Shown here one piece after another: positions 13,740 to 26,393 of a stretch of DNA of 64,000 nucleotides. Position numbers and translations under genes: made by a program. Source of the DNA: Toensbergia leucococca. Lineage: Eukaryota. The notes below the pieces were generated by a model that was given only the letters and a program-made list of their open reading frames with translations, did no database searches and was not told where the DNA came from. Within the stretch, counting starts at the first letter, position 1. Each line of letters opens with the position of its first letter. Where the stretch lies: the NCBI GenBank assembly GCA_022813965.1, contig JALDZS010000002.1, positions 186,001 through 250,000 on the forward strand, written 5' to 3'.

Positions 13740-14650
13740 CAATTAGTGAGTTTATCTATTAGAATGATAAGAGGTAGGTAGAATCTCAGCAATAGTAAAT
13801 TATTGAATTAAATTGACAAGTCTTTGAATCTACTAAAGCAATATGTATGTTCAGATTTACTATTTTAATCTACTTATAAGAAGGACTCACATTATAACCT
13901 TCTCTTTTCTTTTCTTCATTTTATTTCTCATGCTCAATTCTCAAACTTCTTAACTCATTGTTATCATTACTATTAAATATCAGAATCAAATCATTCTCAC
14001 TGCTCTTGAAGCTATATTTTATTCTTTTTCTTTCTCTTCCTCTCAATCTTCTTTCTTCTCAAATAATAAAAAGATTAAAAAAGCAGACATCTCACTTCTA
14101 ATCACTCACTTAACTTACATGTCAAAAAAATATCACTTTATCTTCATCTCAGATCATTCTCTCTTCTTTTTCTTTCACTCAACAAAAATCTCAGAATGAA
14201 ATTTTCTCTCAAAAAAATAAATTCTATAAATATTTTAAATCTTCAACTTTTATTTCTTTCTAAGACTACCTCCCCTTCTTTGTCACTTAAATCACTCTCT
14301 ATTAAATATCAGAATTTGTTTTGAAGATAAGCATGAGTAAAACTAATTTAAGTTTTTGTTTTTGACATGTTATCAGTGATATTTGAGCTTGAGATAGCAG
14401 TGATGAGTAGGTTTTTCTGTCAGGTGACAGCCAGATTATTTAGTTTGATCTGACCTTCGAGAGAGTGTGAAAGGGGGTGAGGTGTGAGGTCATGTAAAGG
14501 AGGTAATAAGGTAGAGAGGTGTTTAGATAAGGAGGGTGATTTGAAGGATATTGAAAAAGGTTGATAAGTGATTGCGGTGAATTTGTTTACTAAGACCTTG
14601 TCCGAGAAATGTTTCTATAAGAGATTGCTGATTACTAAGACATGATTCTA
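13740..14650 (-). pseudogene. AT-rich, CpG-poor degenerate (RIP-like) gene or repeat relic
   Basis: Sharp drop in GC content, almost no CG dinucleotides, and a residual minus-strand frame (about 14120-14335) punctuated by TGA stops. Confidence 0.55.
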
Positions 14651-14659
14651 ACGCATTGA

Positions 14660-15606
14660 GAATTCTGCTTGCGGAACTTGGGAATGTGGGAAGAGCTGCA
14701 TCGGGTGGTACTGGTAAGGACTGTGCCGGCCCGGATTGTAAGGATTGCTGCCATTATTGAGGGAACAAAGACTAGGGTCCATGAAGCCGTGGCTCATAGG
14801 CTGGGCAGCCTGACCAGGGAAAAATGCCTGCCTATTTACAGTGAAATGTGCCGGCTAGAAGGGATCTTCGCCCCGCGAGGAAATAATTCATCATCTGGGA
14901 TGAAGCCGCCTGGCTCACAGAATACGGACTCGGGTCGACGGAAGCTAGGCCCTGGTAATATTTGTCGGATTTCACCCCAGATTCAGCCTCAAATGGGTCT
15001 TGAAAAAGTTCGCTAGATTGGGGTAGCTGAGATGTCCCTTCTGTCAGGATGATATTGTCATGAAGCCCTTCTGTGTCTAGTGCAAACAGGATGGTATTCA
15101 TGCTCCCCTCTGAAGTCACTGCGGCGACCATGAGTGACCAGGTCTTGCATCCACGGGTCATTCACTCTCCGGGACATATCATTGTCCTTCGCAATTTGTT
15201 TGAGTGTGCAGTCGGCGGTGACCATGGCTGGATCGAGGGTAGCCTGATCAATATCAAGGATGTTGCAGGGGAGAGGGAAAGAGAATAGCAAAGGACTGGC
15301 GATGGATGGAGAGACGGGACGCTCTGACTCTTCGAGCGTTATTGAACTACAACAGCTGTCGAGAAGATCCTGGTTGGAGAGCTCTGGGTAAGGCTCGAGA
15401 TCAAGCTCCAGAGAGGGTATATCAAGGAAGTCGAATACGGAATCATCAAATTCAAAGGGATGGAGATTGTGAGAGCTGCAATGGCTCAGGCTCGTCCGGG
15501 AGGTATTCCGACAGGATGCCAATGACGCTGAGCCTGAGTGGGAGACACTAAGCAGTGAGCAATGCTCAGTAATCAAGAGTGATCTCACTGTCTTGTATGA
15601 ACGCAT
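14660..15606 (-). pseudogene. Orphan coding-like region split over several frames, grading into the degenerate block
   Basis: ORFs 15058-15606 and 14832-15161 have acidic, Ser/Pro-rich protein-like composition but overlap in different frames. Confidence 0.35.
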
Positions 15607-16583
15607 GGTATCAGATGAATGTTAGCAACCAGCGTTGTTTGATGATTTGTGTCGATGTTAGTGCTGAAGCTCTTGATCTCGTAAATGAACTGAAGAGTGG
15701 AACTGCAAGTTCAGTCTCAATTGTCTTATAAGTATAGAAGGAGCAAGGGCGAGTCTCACCTCCTTGAATCATATAGAATTCTTGGAAGCTGCCACTCGGT
15801 CAGAACAAGTCGCCTGCCGGGTCGTGAGCTCTGAAATCATCTTCGCCATTTGAAGTCTTCTACAGACCGGTGACTCTGCTTATCTTTTCACAGTGTTTGA
15901 TGAATGCCACGATTTTGATGGTGCACCAACCAGAAATTATCAGCTCGTAGGCAGTTAGTTGATTAATAATTGATGCAGTTCTGACTTAGGAGTTGATGCA
16001 CCAACTGCTAAGAATCCTAGACAAACCGTTTAACTGATGGTTTTCACTGAGGTAGATGTTGATTTTGAAGGTGGTGAGAGAGTGAATTCATAACAAGTCA
16101 ATTACATTTAGTTTCAACCTGAATAGTAGGTTTATAAATAGCGATATTTTGAAAGTCTAAAGAACTGTTGCCAACTGATTCACCTATTCATGATCGCCTA
16201 TCTATCATCAAGCATGGATGATGAATTCACTCAATCTGAGTTACATAAGATAGTGACTGCTTTGAATGATGATGAGGGCTTAAACTACTAGTTGAACGGG
16301 TTGATTATCAGTTAACGTCCACCTCGACGTTGGACCCTTCAGTGAAACTGCTATCAGAGTATTGCAGCCATGACAATGAATGGTGCCGGTAGTGTTTAAT
16401 ATTGAAAAGAATTAATGACGCTGAAGAGCATTGATGAAACTGGAAAATATCAATGATGCCGTGATCCGATCCATCGCGAATCGCTTTCAAACACCGTTTC
16501 CGAGACCTGGGAAAGCCAAATAACTCCAAATTCATAGACCAAAAAAATGCCCCAATACCCCCAATATCCTCAATCCTCAATCC

Positions 16584-17207
16584 TCATGAACCTCCAGATC
16601 CTTCCCATTTCGGCTTGCTTCCTGCTACTTTCCGCCCGTTTGCATCCAGCGCATTCGTCTTCAACTTTGTCGGTACGCTCTTGTACTTCTTATCAACCCC
16701 ACGGTGAATGAAGCCTCCATTGGTTGCATCAGGCTTTGCTTGTCGGCTGGCGCGCTCCTTTTTCACCCGAGGAGCCTCTTTAGTGGGAGGTGCCTCTTTA
16801 TCGCCACGAGCCTTCTTAACAGCACGCTGATTCTCTTCAGCAGGTTGCTTCCTTTTATTGGGGCTCTGGGTGGTGGAAGCTTGGCGGGATAAGTCCTCGA
16901 AGCTCACTCCGAATTCAGGAAGAACCTTAGGCTCCTCAGCTGACTTTTCGGGTTCAGAAGCCCAAGCCTCCCAATCAAAATCGGTGGCATCGGGAGCGGC
17001 GGATGATGGAGTGGCGGATGATGGAGGAGAGGCGGATGATGGAGAGGCGGATGATGGAGAAGCGGATGATGGAGGGGCGGATGATGGAGGGGTGTAGTCC
17101 ATGCTGTCAAGTGGAGGAAAGCGTAAGAGTGAATCCAATGGAATCCAATCGTCCCACGTAAGATCAGGGGCGTTGGGAGAGGCGGATGATGAAGTGGTGT
17201 TGTCCAT
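16584..17207 (-). CDS. Hypothetical intronless 207-aa protein with SSASP repeats and a basic C-terminus
   Basis: ATG-started ORF; acidic/Trp N-terminal module present twice; NLS-like NKRKQP...VKKAR. Confidence 0.55.
   Translation of the reverse strand: MDNTTSSSASPNAPDLTWDDWIPLDSLLRFPPLDSMDYTPPSSAPPSSASPSSASPSSASPPSSATPSSAAPDATDFDWEAWASEPEKSAEEPKVLPEFGVSFEDLSRQASTTQSPNKRKQPAEENQRAVKKARGDKEAPPTKEAPRVKKERASRQAKPDATNGGFIHRGVDKKYKSVPTKLKTNALDANGRKVAGSKPKWEGSGGS
16997..17092. repeat. Coding minisatellite, 15-18 bp unit GGCGGATGATGGAGA, about 6 copies
   Basis: Read directly; encodes (P)SSASP repeats; a further copy lies at about 17177-17192. Confidence 0.9.
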
Positions 17208-17950
17208 TCTGGCAAATGGAAGATAGCGTAGGGGTAAATTTATGGTCTACGAACGGGCTTAATAATATGTCTGGCTGGGAGCAATGGGAATGTACAAGTC
17301 AAATTGATCAAGCAGTCGAGCAATTGTTCACTTTGCAAGTGCAGACGATGGAGGAAGAAAGAAGAGAGAAGGGAAATGGAGGATGTGCTCCCTCAAATAC
17401 CCTTGTAGAATGAAAGTTTTCGGACGTCAAGTCGAGACTATTGATACTTGACACGACTAGAGTCAAAGTTCTGTTGGGGTTTGACAGAACTCATAATAGA
17501 CTTCCTGTTTGGGCGATTGCAGGAAGTATGTTTAGACAGAAGAATGGGAAGGAGTCATCCTATAATGGATAATCTTGCTACAGCAAAATAAGGAAAAATA
17601 GAGAACGCATTGCTTTCCTCGAGGAAGCGGGACTCCAAGACTCCATTGAACGGACCTACTCCTACCAGGACGAAATGTAGCAGCAGTCTGACGCTTTGCG
17701 CTCGAGTGAATTGGTCGAGAGAGAGGCTTCCCATTCTCCCCAGAGGTGACTATCCAAGGCTATTTGGGACTATCCAAGGCTATTCAAGGGATCTTGCGGA
17801 AGTGTAATTCCTACGATAGCGGGAACCGGGAAGGCTAATCCACAGAGCCTCGTTACGTCAGTCCCAAACCCAATCTCATGCCAGCACACCAGCTCTTTGT
17901 GAGGAGCCACAGGATAGGGGAATCACGGGCTTAGGGAGTGATAACGCGCT

Positions 17951-19572
17951 TTACACGCGCCCATCACAGCTATCGGCCATTTCCCAAAGTACATACTCCT
18001 CTGGTGGAAACTTGGTATCTGAAACGCCTCCAGTTTCCCCTGAAGTGTCCTCTGGAAGGTGGCCGGTCGGTTCATTGGTCGGGAGCCGCAGTATGGTGTA
18101 CCCTTCTTGGGCGTTGGCAACCTCGGTTCGAAATGCGGAACTGCTCAGGGTAAACCAGTCGAGTCCGACGCTAACATTTCTGCTCCTGCAAGCGAGGCTG
18201 ATAGTCCTCATGAAAAACTTGATTAGCTTCTTTCTCGTTATCAGCAATCAGATGTACGCGTCGACGGTCGTTATCAGGACGACCCACTCACATGCATGCT
18301 ATAAAGAGTTTCCTGATCCAAAAGGAAGGGATCAAGCCCGTCCAGCGTAGTATCATGAAGTTGTTAGCAATCGCTGTAGAGCTGTTTTCTGGAACGCTGT
18401 AGCGGCAGAGATACGGATCGATTGCATCACCGGACTGGACTCGAGGACTCTGTAAGGCTATGAGACTCAGCCATTCGTACACCTCGGTAGCCCAGTCTGA
18501 GAGTTCGCTGCTTGAAGCACCTAGAGCTGATGCGTCTAGCGCTGGTGTGACGACTGCTTCCATTCGGTGGATTTGGGGGTGACACATCTTGAAGGTGGGG
18601 TGGTGCTTGGTGATGGGCATATCTGTGAGTTCTGCGCGCAGCGGTGAGCCCTCGCCGTTACTTACATGACTCTTTCCAGAGGCTCATCATAGCCACATAC
18701 AGGGGGCAGTCTTACGAACAGCCGCTACGGCATGTGTGTCTTGCAAGTCGTGAAACAGCCAAGTCATTGAATGATTGAGCACATTCTTGAAAGCCCACAC
18801 TATCCTCTCGAATCCCTTCTTACCATGCAGCATAGAAGGTAGGCGTAGATTAATTTCAACAGCTTAGGTTGACCTCAGCGTGCCTTCCACAGATCCGATA
18901 TTGGCTTAGCGTACCTACCGTATCTAGTCTTGAGATGTTTCCGCCCACCATCACGAATGGGCTTTCCGATAAGACCACAGCGTTCGTAGCTCTCCTTTGC
19001 GAGTTCGAGCCGTAAGATACCTGCAACGATATTCCTTGCTCTCAGTCTATGCCTGATCGTATCTAGGCTAACGGGGCGACTCAGGAGCAAAAGGTCTTCT
19101 GCATACCATCCTTCAGATAGAACAGGTCATTTACGCCGGGACGCCCTTGGGAGAGCATCATTATGTTACCTGATACGCATCATCAGTATTTGTCTTGTAT
19201 ATGGCAGGAGTATATATGTCAAGTATACCAGTCTTGATGTACGAACTGAAAAAATCTCCCTCGAGCAACACTGATAGCGGCATTATAACTCTAGAATACC
19301 GCACCAAGCCAACTTCGCTCTCAACATCTTTCCAGATAAGTTCATACAGCTCTTCCGGCAGCACCAGATCTAACTTCGTAATAGCTATTAGCCGTACTCC
19401 CTTTACCCCTCATAAAAGCATCGACTACCGTATGGGTAAAACTCTGGCTAAGAACAGTTGCAAAGGGTTTTTTCTTGCTGGGTGGCTGGCTGGGATCAAT
19501 AAATTGGGGCAGAGTCCCATGCGAGAGGTAACATTTCGATTTGGGCAAATCGTCACTCTGGAAATTGAACAT
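17951..19572 (-). CDS. RPP40: Ribonuclease P/MRP 40 kDa subunit-like protein
   Basis: Multi-exon: KCYLSHG..., LLEGDFFSSYIKTG, LRLELAKESYERCGLIGKP, NLRLPSMLHGRKGFERIVWAFKNVL, EVYEWLSLIALQSPRVQSGDAIDPYLCRY, W.GLIP, EYVLWE. Confidence 0.85.
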
Positions 19573-19890
19573 GGTGGGACAAGATACGATTACGTGACCT
19601 TGAAGGAAGTGAGAGGGACTTTGTTCAAGAAAATCTTTCTCGTCATGCGGCGAGGATGAAAATGAAGTCCAAAATTACTCGACGTAGTTTAGCGTTAGGA
19701 GTGGAGATGATTGTGGGGATGATTGTCCCTCAGTCGTTCCGCTAATGCAAGGTACCATTGTCTCTTCTTTTTCACTTTAAAATGACTGCTGAATTATGAG
19801 AGTCTTTACCCCGATATCCCAGCCATGGTCCACATATCGAAGCCTTAATCAGCTCAATTCAATTTCTGTCGTCCTCGCAAAGCCCCCATA

Positions 19891-21000
19891 ATGGCACCAC
19901 CCCAACCTCGCCGACCAATAGCCAAAGACCGCTTCTCTGCCCTCTTCTCCGCTCTCAAAACCCAAACTTACCATGATCCCTCCTCCCGCGGCCCCGGGTC
20001 CCATACGTAAACTTCTCCTTCTTTGATTTCTCCTCCATTACACTCACTTCACCGCAAGAAAAGCCCCAAAGACCCCCCGAAAGAAACCCCCACTAATACT
20101 CCCTCTCGACAAACCAGCATCCGCACAATCGCCTGGTCCCCAACCGGCCACCTCATCGCCACGGGCTCCGCAGACCGCACTCTCCGCGTCTGGAACCCCG
20201 AAAAGCCCCAAGTGAAAAACAGTACCGAACTCCGCGGCCACACAGGCGGCATCGAGCGCGTAGCCTGGAACCCGACCAAAGAAGCCGAGCTCGCCTCCGT
20301 CTCTAGCGACGGCACGTGCAAGTTCTGGGACGTCCGCTCCAAGACCTGCACCGCTACTATCCAACTCGGCGGAGAAGGGCTGACGATTTCCTGGGCGGTC
20401 GACGGCAGCGCCGTCATGGTCGGCCGCAAAGACGACACTCTGATCCCCATCTCCCTGCTCTCGGACCAGCAGCATCATCCTCCAACAGCCCTTCCCCCTT
20501 CCCCGCAACCGACGCAAACAAACCAAACCCTCTTCCCGCCCTCCGCGCCCCCCTCCACAATCCTCCTCACCACCTCCGCCGGCTCCATAAAACTAGCTAC
20601 CTACCCCGCCCTGCAAACCCTGCACACCCTGCACGCCCATACCTCAGCCTGCACCTCCCTCGCCCTCAGCCCCACAGGCCGTTACCTCGCCGTCGGCGGC
20701 TCCGACGCCCTCATCTCCCTCTGGGACACCACGGACTGGGTCTGCCGGCGCACCTTGGCCGGCATGGCGGGCGGGGTGCGCCAGGTGGGGTTTAGCTGGG
20801 ACGGAGCATTTGTGTGCGGGGGCAGCGATGAGGGGGCTGGGATCGAGATTGCGCATGTGGAGACGGGGGAGTATGTTTTTGGATTGGCGACTACGGCACC
20901 GGCGCCTTGTGTAGCGTGGCATCCCGGCAGATATTGGCTGGCGTATTCGGGTGATCCGGCGGGGCTGAAGATTGTAGGGGCTGCGGGGGGGAGTTTGTAG
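19891..21000 (+). CDS. TEX1: WD40-repeat protein, THO/TREX complex subunit 3-like
   Basis: IRTIAWSPTGHLIATGSADRTLRVWN, ELRGHTGGIERVAWNP, SPTGRYLAVGGSDALISLWD, VAWHPGRYWLAY; first exon MAPPQPRRPIAKDRF followed by an intron. Confidence 0.85.
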
Positions 21001-21754
21001 TGTTTGGGTACTGGGGGAGGAGTCAGGTTTGCTGATGCCCAATTGAGTCAAGTCCCGTCCGTTGATGCATTTTATTAATGGAAGCTTCCAATCGTACCCG
21101 GATTTCACACACGGTTCGAGGACCTTGTCAATCCCGGGTCATGTTTTCAGTGAAAGCAGAGTTCAATTGATTGGGGGAAAAGCTATGCACATGTCCAACT
21201 AGAGCGATCGCTCACGCCCTCACTAAAGCAAGGAACCCCACTACAAAACACACAAGCGATCGGAACAAAGCTCAATGGAAGCTAGCTCGCTACATCAAAA
21301 GCAAGAAATTTCCCACAATTCAAGAGCCTTCTCCCCATCCTGTTCCGTTCCGAACTAGCAGAGCTGCGGGATACCTACTCACTCTAGGAAAAGCCGTCAT
21401 TACCGCCGATAGACATGGAAAAGCTCGTACACCGCCAAAGCACGCTTTGTGAACGCCTGTGGGGGGATAAATATACTCGTGATACCCGAAACGCCTTTGA
21501 TGAGTGTGAAAGAGAGAAGTCGAGAGGGTCTAGGGATTGTTAAGTAGTGTAGGTTCGTCGGAGACTGTTGTGGGATCTGTGTCTAAACGAGAGCAACGCA
21601 TCCGGCTTGCGTTGCCCCATGGTAGTTTCCAGGCTTTGAATCGCTGTCGTGTACAAGAATCTATGCAAAAGCATGGATGTTATCGGGGCTTGAGGTGAAT
21701 AAGGCGTTTAGGATAAGATGGTGACAGTCTAGACTGGATATACTGAAGGTGAGA

Positions 21755-23491
21755 CTATCGACCTTTGACATCCTTAGCATAGATCGATTTGCTGCCATCT
21801 TTCCCGGATGGTGTGCTGTCGAGATATAACGGGTGGTATTTCTTTGCCCATTGACGCGTGAGGATAGAGGCTACCACAAGATTTAGCGTCTTGATTCGAA
21901 GCAAGTACGAATCTAATAACCTACCCTTGAGGAATTTCTTGCTGGCGTACTTCTTGAAGAACGCTTCGTGCGCTACAGGACGGTGAAGATAATCAACCAT
22001 GAGTTTAAAGACAGGTTGGATTTCCTCTTCAGTGTAACCGGCGTAATGTGTAAGGGTTGCGTCCTAGGACAGTCAGCAAAGACGCGGACAATGGGGTTAT
22101 CAATATAACGTACCCATTCACCTCTCTCAAGGATAAGACGTGCCAAATACATTGATGCGGCGGCAATATGACTTGGTTGATACTCCATAAACCTATGGTC
22201 GAGCAAGCTAATTTCCAAGAGATACTTGCCAAGTGTACGCGTTTGGATATCATAGTTATCGGCCTTTGATATTCTCCGGAGGAAATTCATTGGGTTTGGA
22301 TAGCTTAAATCATAATTAAGAGCGGCCAAGACAAATCGTTCGGCAGCAAGAATCTCTTCTTCCGAAAAGCCATCGTCGGCGACGTGCTTGAAGTTTTGGA
22401 CATGGGGCGAAAGCACCTCTTCATACTTGGATGCAATGAACATTGCGGTGATGCCTACCAGCTGGAGACGATCTAATTGGACAACCTTGGCTGACAAGAA
22501 GCGGTCGATGATGTTGATAGCAAGGAAGAGCGTCTCTGGCAATAGGTGGAATCGAGTATGAACTTCAATTAGCCAGTCGACAAGGACACCGCGTAAGTGC
22601 CATTCCAAGTGGTCTTGATGCGTCATATAGTCTGGATTGGGCATGGTAGCATCTTCGAGCACCTTGAGGTATTCAAAGATTTCCACAACATATTCTGCGA
22701 CCATGAGAGGATCATCGACATCATCGGCGTCGAGGTCTGCTACGCCTGCTGCAAAAGCTTGCTTGACGCTGCTACTATCTTGTTGAGGATCGGCGTCTAC
22801 CTTTATTTCGACGGCAACATGCTTCTCTATTTCGACCACAGGAGCGTTCTTCTTGGGTGGTTCGTTCTCTGACACAGGTGTCTTCTCTTTAATCGAATGT
22901 TGACTAGCAGCAGAGCCTGTGTGACGCTTCTTCACTGCACCTCCCATTACGCCAGAGCCGCTAGCTGGTCGTTTCAACTCAACAGCAGCTGTCTTTTTGT
23001 TATTGTCCTTGGCCCCAAGAATGGATCGCGACGAATTTGTACGAGAGAGTTTCTGGACACCAGCGTTCTGTGCAGCTTTTGATACCAACCCCACTTTGCC
23101 ACTCATTGTCTTTTTTCCATCCTTTACATCAACTGGCTCATTCTTAGTAACGTTACTGACGTCACCTAGTGCAGCTCGTTTTCGTTGACTTGGAACAGCA
23201 TTGGAAATGAGAGCATTTGTCGTCGACTTTTTTGTTTGTAAAGCTTTCTTGACGAGGACACCGGCTGACCCGTCGTCTGGAACAGCTAGCGCCGCAGCTT
23301 TAGCCCTCGTTAAGCGGGTTGTACCGCTGTTCTCGTCGTTTTCATTGTTAACAGCACGCTGCCGACCTACTCGAGCCTATCATTTGGGACACTGATCAGT
23401 TCTCTTTGCGTAGCCCAGTAATTGATTCATCATCACACCCTGTGGGTTTGATGGATCGCGTATCACGGATGTGATGACTTACCGGAGGCAT
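21755..23491 (-). CDS. nimE: G2/mitotic B-type cyclin (NimE/Cdc13/Clb)
   Basis: Destruction box RAALGDVSN (about 23152-23178), cyclin box LRGVLVDWLIEVH...LQLVGITAMFIASKYEE, FFKKYASKKFLK; several introns. Confidence 0.95.
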
Positions 23492-24320
23492 CCTGGATAT
23501 CTGTTGACAGTGTAACCAACGAAATCCTCGTTAGATTGAAGAGGATGTTCAAGCAAGTTGAAGTGCCCGTCTCACAACGGTCTTGGAAGACGGGGTTGCT
23601 TTTTTCAGTTCTATTGCATTAACGAACCCATTAGCAGCCGAGCGCCAGTGGATACGCAATCTCTTGTGCTCACAATGCTAATAGCAATCTGGAGGAAAGC
23701 GATTCCTAGATTTTTCTATACCTGTAATATGTCAATTTGTATTGGGTGGTTCGTTGTCTGAAGTATCATAAATCATCAAAGTTGTTAACAAGCTCAAGAT
23801 TGACAGATTGAGCTGTGAGAGTTGGTGGGAGTACGGGCCAGTTATTGTCCAGTATGGTAGAGCTTCATAAAGGTGGGGGATGTGCGAAGATGGGTGATGG
23901 TAGGCGTGGAGGAGGTGAGGAAGGAAACACTCACCAAAAGTCACGTCGGTTGATTGTTTGGCGCTAAGGCAAGAATGGCGCGAGGCGATAGGAGGATAGG
24001 TGCCCAAGAACGAAATGATGTATTTCGAGTAATGTCCAGACTGATTCTTTGATAGTTACGAAGAAATAAGCGTGTATGATATCTTGATACGGAGCAATGC
24101 CAATTTTCGAGTTGGTTCAATCAGCTTTGATCAACTTCATGATTCTGTCATTCTTTTTTATAAGAGATCGGCAGGGCAACCAGACGCCAAATCGCCAATG
24201 TGTTGACTCGAACCCGACTAGTATGTAAGCAGCCCTACGGATACCGCATGGGTACCTAGTGGGCTCAGACTTGCAATCCTCGAATTCTAAAATCGAGGAC
24301 AGGAAGGTATATCCATTACA

Positions 24321-25490
24321 ATGCTACACCCACGATTGCTGCTTCGGCGCCATTATCAAAATCTTCCCTATCTGTCTAACCGATCTTATGCAACGGCCCA
24401 AGTGTCCTCGACCATCAATCAAATTACCCCCAGCTTTGTCACTAATACACCTGTTACACAATATGGCGATGTGGGCACTCTGGCTCTGAAACGGTACAAA
24501 CCTCGCACACCAGGAGTACGGCATCTCGTACGACCCATCAACGATCATCTATGGAAAGGCCGTGCTCACCTCCCGTTGACCTTTCCTAGAAAGGGACATC
24601 ATATAGGGGGGCGCAATAATTCTGGAAGGATCATGGTCAGACACCGAGGTGGAGGGCATAAGAGAAGGATACGAATCGTTGACTTCTCTCGCAGCAAAAA
24701 TGGACGACAGACTGTGGAAAGAATCGAGTATGATCCTGGGCGGAGTGCGCATATCGCGCTCGTTACCCATGAGCAGTCCGGGGCCAAGAGCTATATCCTT
24801 GCTTCGGAAGGAATGAGGGCTGGTGACGTTGTGGAGAGTTTCAGAGAGGGGCTTCCTCAGGAGCTGATAGACAGCGTAGGCGGTGTCCTGGATGCCGGTA
24901 TGATAGCGGCGAAGACGGCATGGAGAGGCAATTGCTTACCATTGCACATGATACCGGTTGGCACTATGATTTACAACGTCGGTCTAAGAAGTGGTAGCAG
25001 AGGACAGATGTGCAGGAGTGCTGGCACGTATGCAACAATAGTGAGCAAGAACGATGAAAACCCGAGATCGGCAAGACATATCGACGTCAGGTTGCAAAGT
25101 GGCGAGATTCGGAAGGTTGTCAGAGATGCGTGTGCTACGATCGGTACTGCAAGCAACCCTCTGCATAATCGTGCTCAACTTGGTAAAGCTGGTCGGAGCA
25201 GATGGCTAGGGATCCGGCCAACAGTGAGAGGTCTGGCAATGAATGCGTGCGACCATCCTCACGGAGGGGGGCGAGGGAAATCAAAAGGCAATGTGCACCC
25301 AATCAGTATTTGGGGGCGAACTCTGGTAAGTCAGATTGAGAGGGGTTTATGTCATGATCATTTGCTCATTTGCGTTCAGGCCAAGGGTGGGTTCAAGACT
25401 CGTAAGAAGTCGAATGTCAATAGAGCTGTCGTTGTCCCTCGACCACGGCAGCAGGGGAGGAAGGACAAACTAAAGCAGAAGGCATCGTGA
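24321..25490 (+). CDS. RML2: Mitochondrial large-subunit ribosomal protein L2 (uL2m)
   Basis: GGRNNSGRIMVRHRGGGHKRR, IEYDPGRSAHIALV, RPTVRGLAMNACDHPHGGG; N-terminal presequence; 54-nt in-frame intron 25326-25379. Confidence 0.95.
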   Translation: MLHPRLLLRRHYQNLPYLSNRSYATAQVSSTINQITPSFVTNTPVTQYGDVGTLALKRYKPRTPGVRHLVRPINDHLWKGRAHLPLTFPRKGHHIGGRNNSGRIMVRHRGGGHKRRIRIVDFSRSKNGRQTVERIEYDPGRSAHIALVTHEQSGAKSYILASEGMRAGDVVESFREGLPQELIDSVGGVLDAGMIAAKTAWRGNCLPLHMIPVGTMIYNVGLRSGSRGQMCRSAGTYATIVSKNDENPRSARHIDVRLQSGEIRKVVRDACATIGTASNPLHNRAQLGKAGRSRWLGIRPTVRGLAMNACDHPHGGGRGKSKGNVHPISIWGRTLVSQIERGLCHDHLLICVQAKGGFKTRKKSNVNRAVVVPRPRQQGRKDKLKQKAS

Positions 25491-26393
25491 AAGCCAGCTC
25501 GACGCTGCAATGTCTAGTACTTAAGCCAGTCTTGGGCTCGGACGTCTTGTACGACGAACATATTTAGAGTTCATTGTGGAGAAAATAAGCTGTTACTGCG
25601 GGGAGCCACTATGATATATTCGTCCTGGAGTCATAATCTCAAACTAGGTTCGATTCCTAATGGCGCTGGTACAATGGTGTAGTGGGTTTTGTATTCTTTT
25701 ATATTTTTGTCGGCCTTTTTTAGACTTCTAGTCCCAGAGGCTGGCCCCGTCAACTACAGATGCCCCACGGAACCTGGTATGTACCTGCATTTGGGGCTGT
25801 GTTGATCACTCTATATCTCAGGGGAAACTTCTTATCATGTTCCGTGCCTACATACAATGATACCTACCTACATATTGTAAAGCCATCTTTACAATCTTCT
25901 CTTCGACAGCCTTGACATTGTCCTTTGATTGCAGTCTTACTGCTACCGTGTGCATTTACCATCTCGACAAATCAACATTGTACACGACGAATAGAAATGT
26001 TCCATGCAGTACTCCGTAGCGAGAATGATTACGGACGTATGCGATGGATCGTCACTGCCCCATCTTCCATCTCTTGCCGTTGCGAGTCTCGGCCAGGAAA
26101 ACGTTATCGTGGCATTCGGCGGCCTTGATTGGCTACAGTTGGCAAGGGTCTGCATGTACCACTACGGCGCATGAAAAATGAGCTGAATAAAGCTCAAAAC
26201 AGCTGATGAATCCATCTGTCGTCGAATCTGAGGTCCTGACTCCTCACTTATTCCCCTGCTTCTTGCGTCTTAACAGGCTCTCGAATCGTATGGCCGACTT
26301 TCGCTGAGACTAATTCTGTCTGCCTTGCTTCTGACCCAGTAGGATTCAAGTCGACAGTTGCACCTGCATCAAACAGTGACGGCCCTCAATAAG

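Noticed and set aside
16997..17092. Short direct repeats as a CRISPR-like array
   Set aside because: No unique spacers; coding minisatellite in a eukaryote.
17748..17785. Tandem GACTATCCAAGGCTATT x2
   Set aside because: Single short slippage duplication with no further structure.
20044..21108. Long alternative-frame and antisense ORFs over TEX1
   Set aside because: Explained by GC-rich, skewed codon usage that suppresses stops; no recognisable motifs.
25326..25379. Apparent 18-aa insertion in RML2 (likewise 57 nt in SIR2 at 36438-36494)
   Set aside because: Canonical GT-AG introns that happen to be 3n and stop-free; no evidence of retention.
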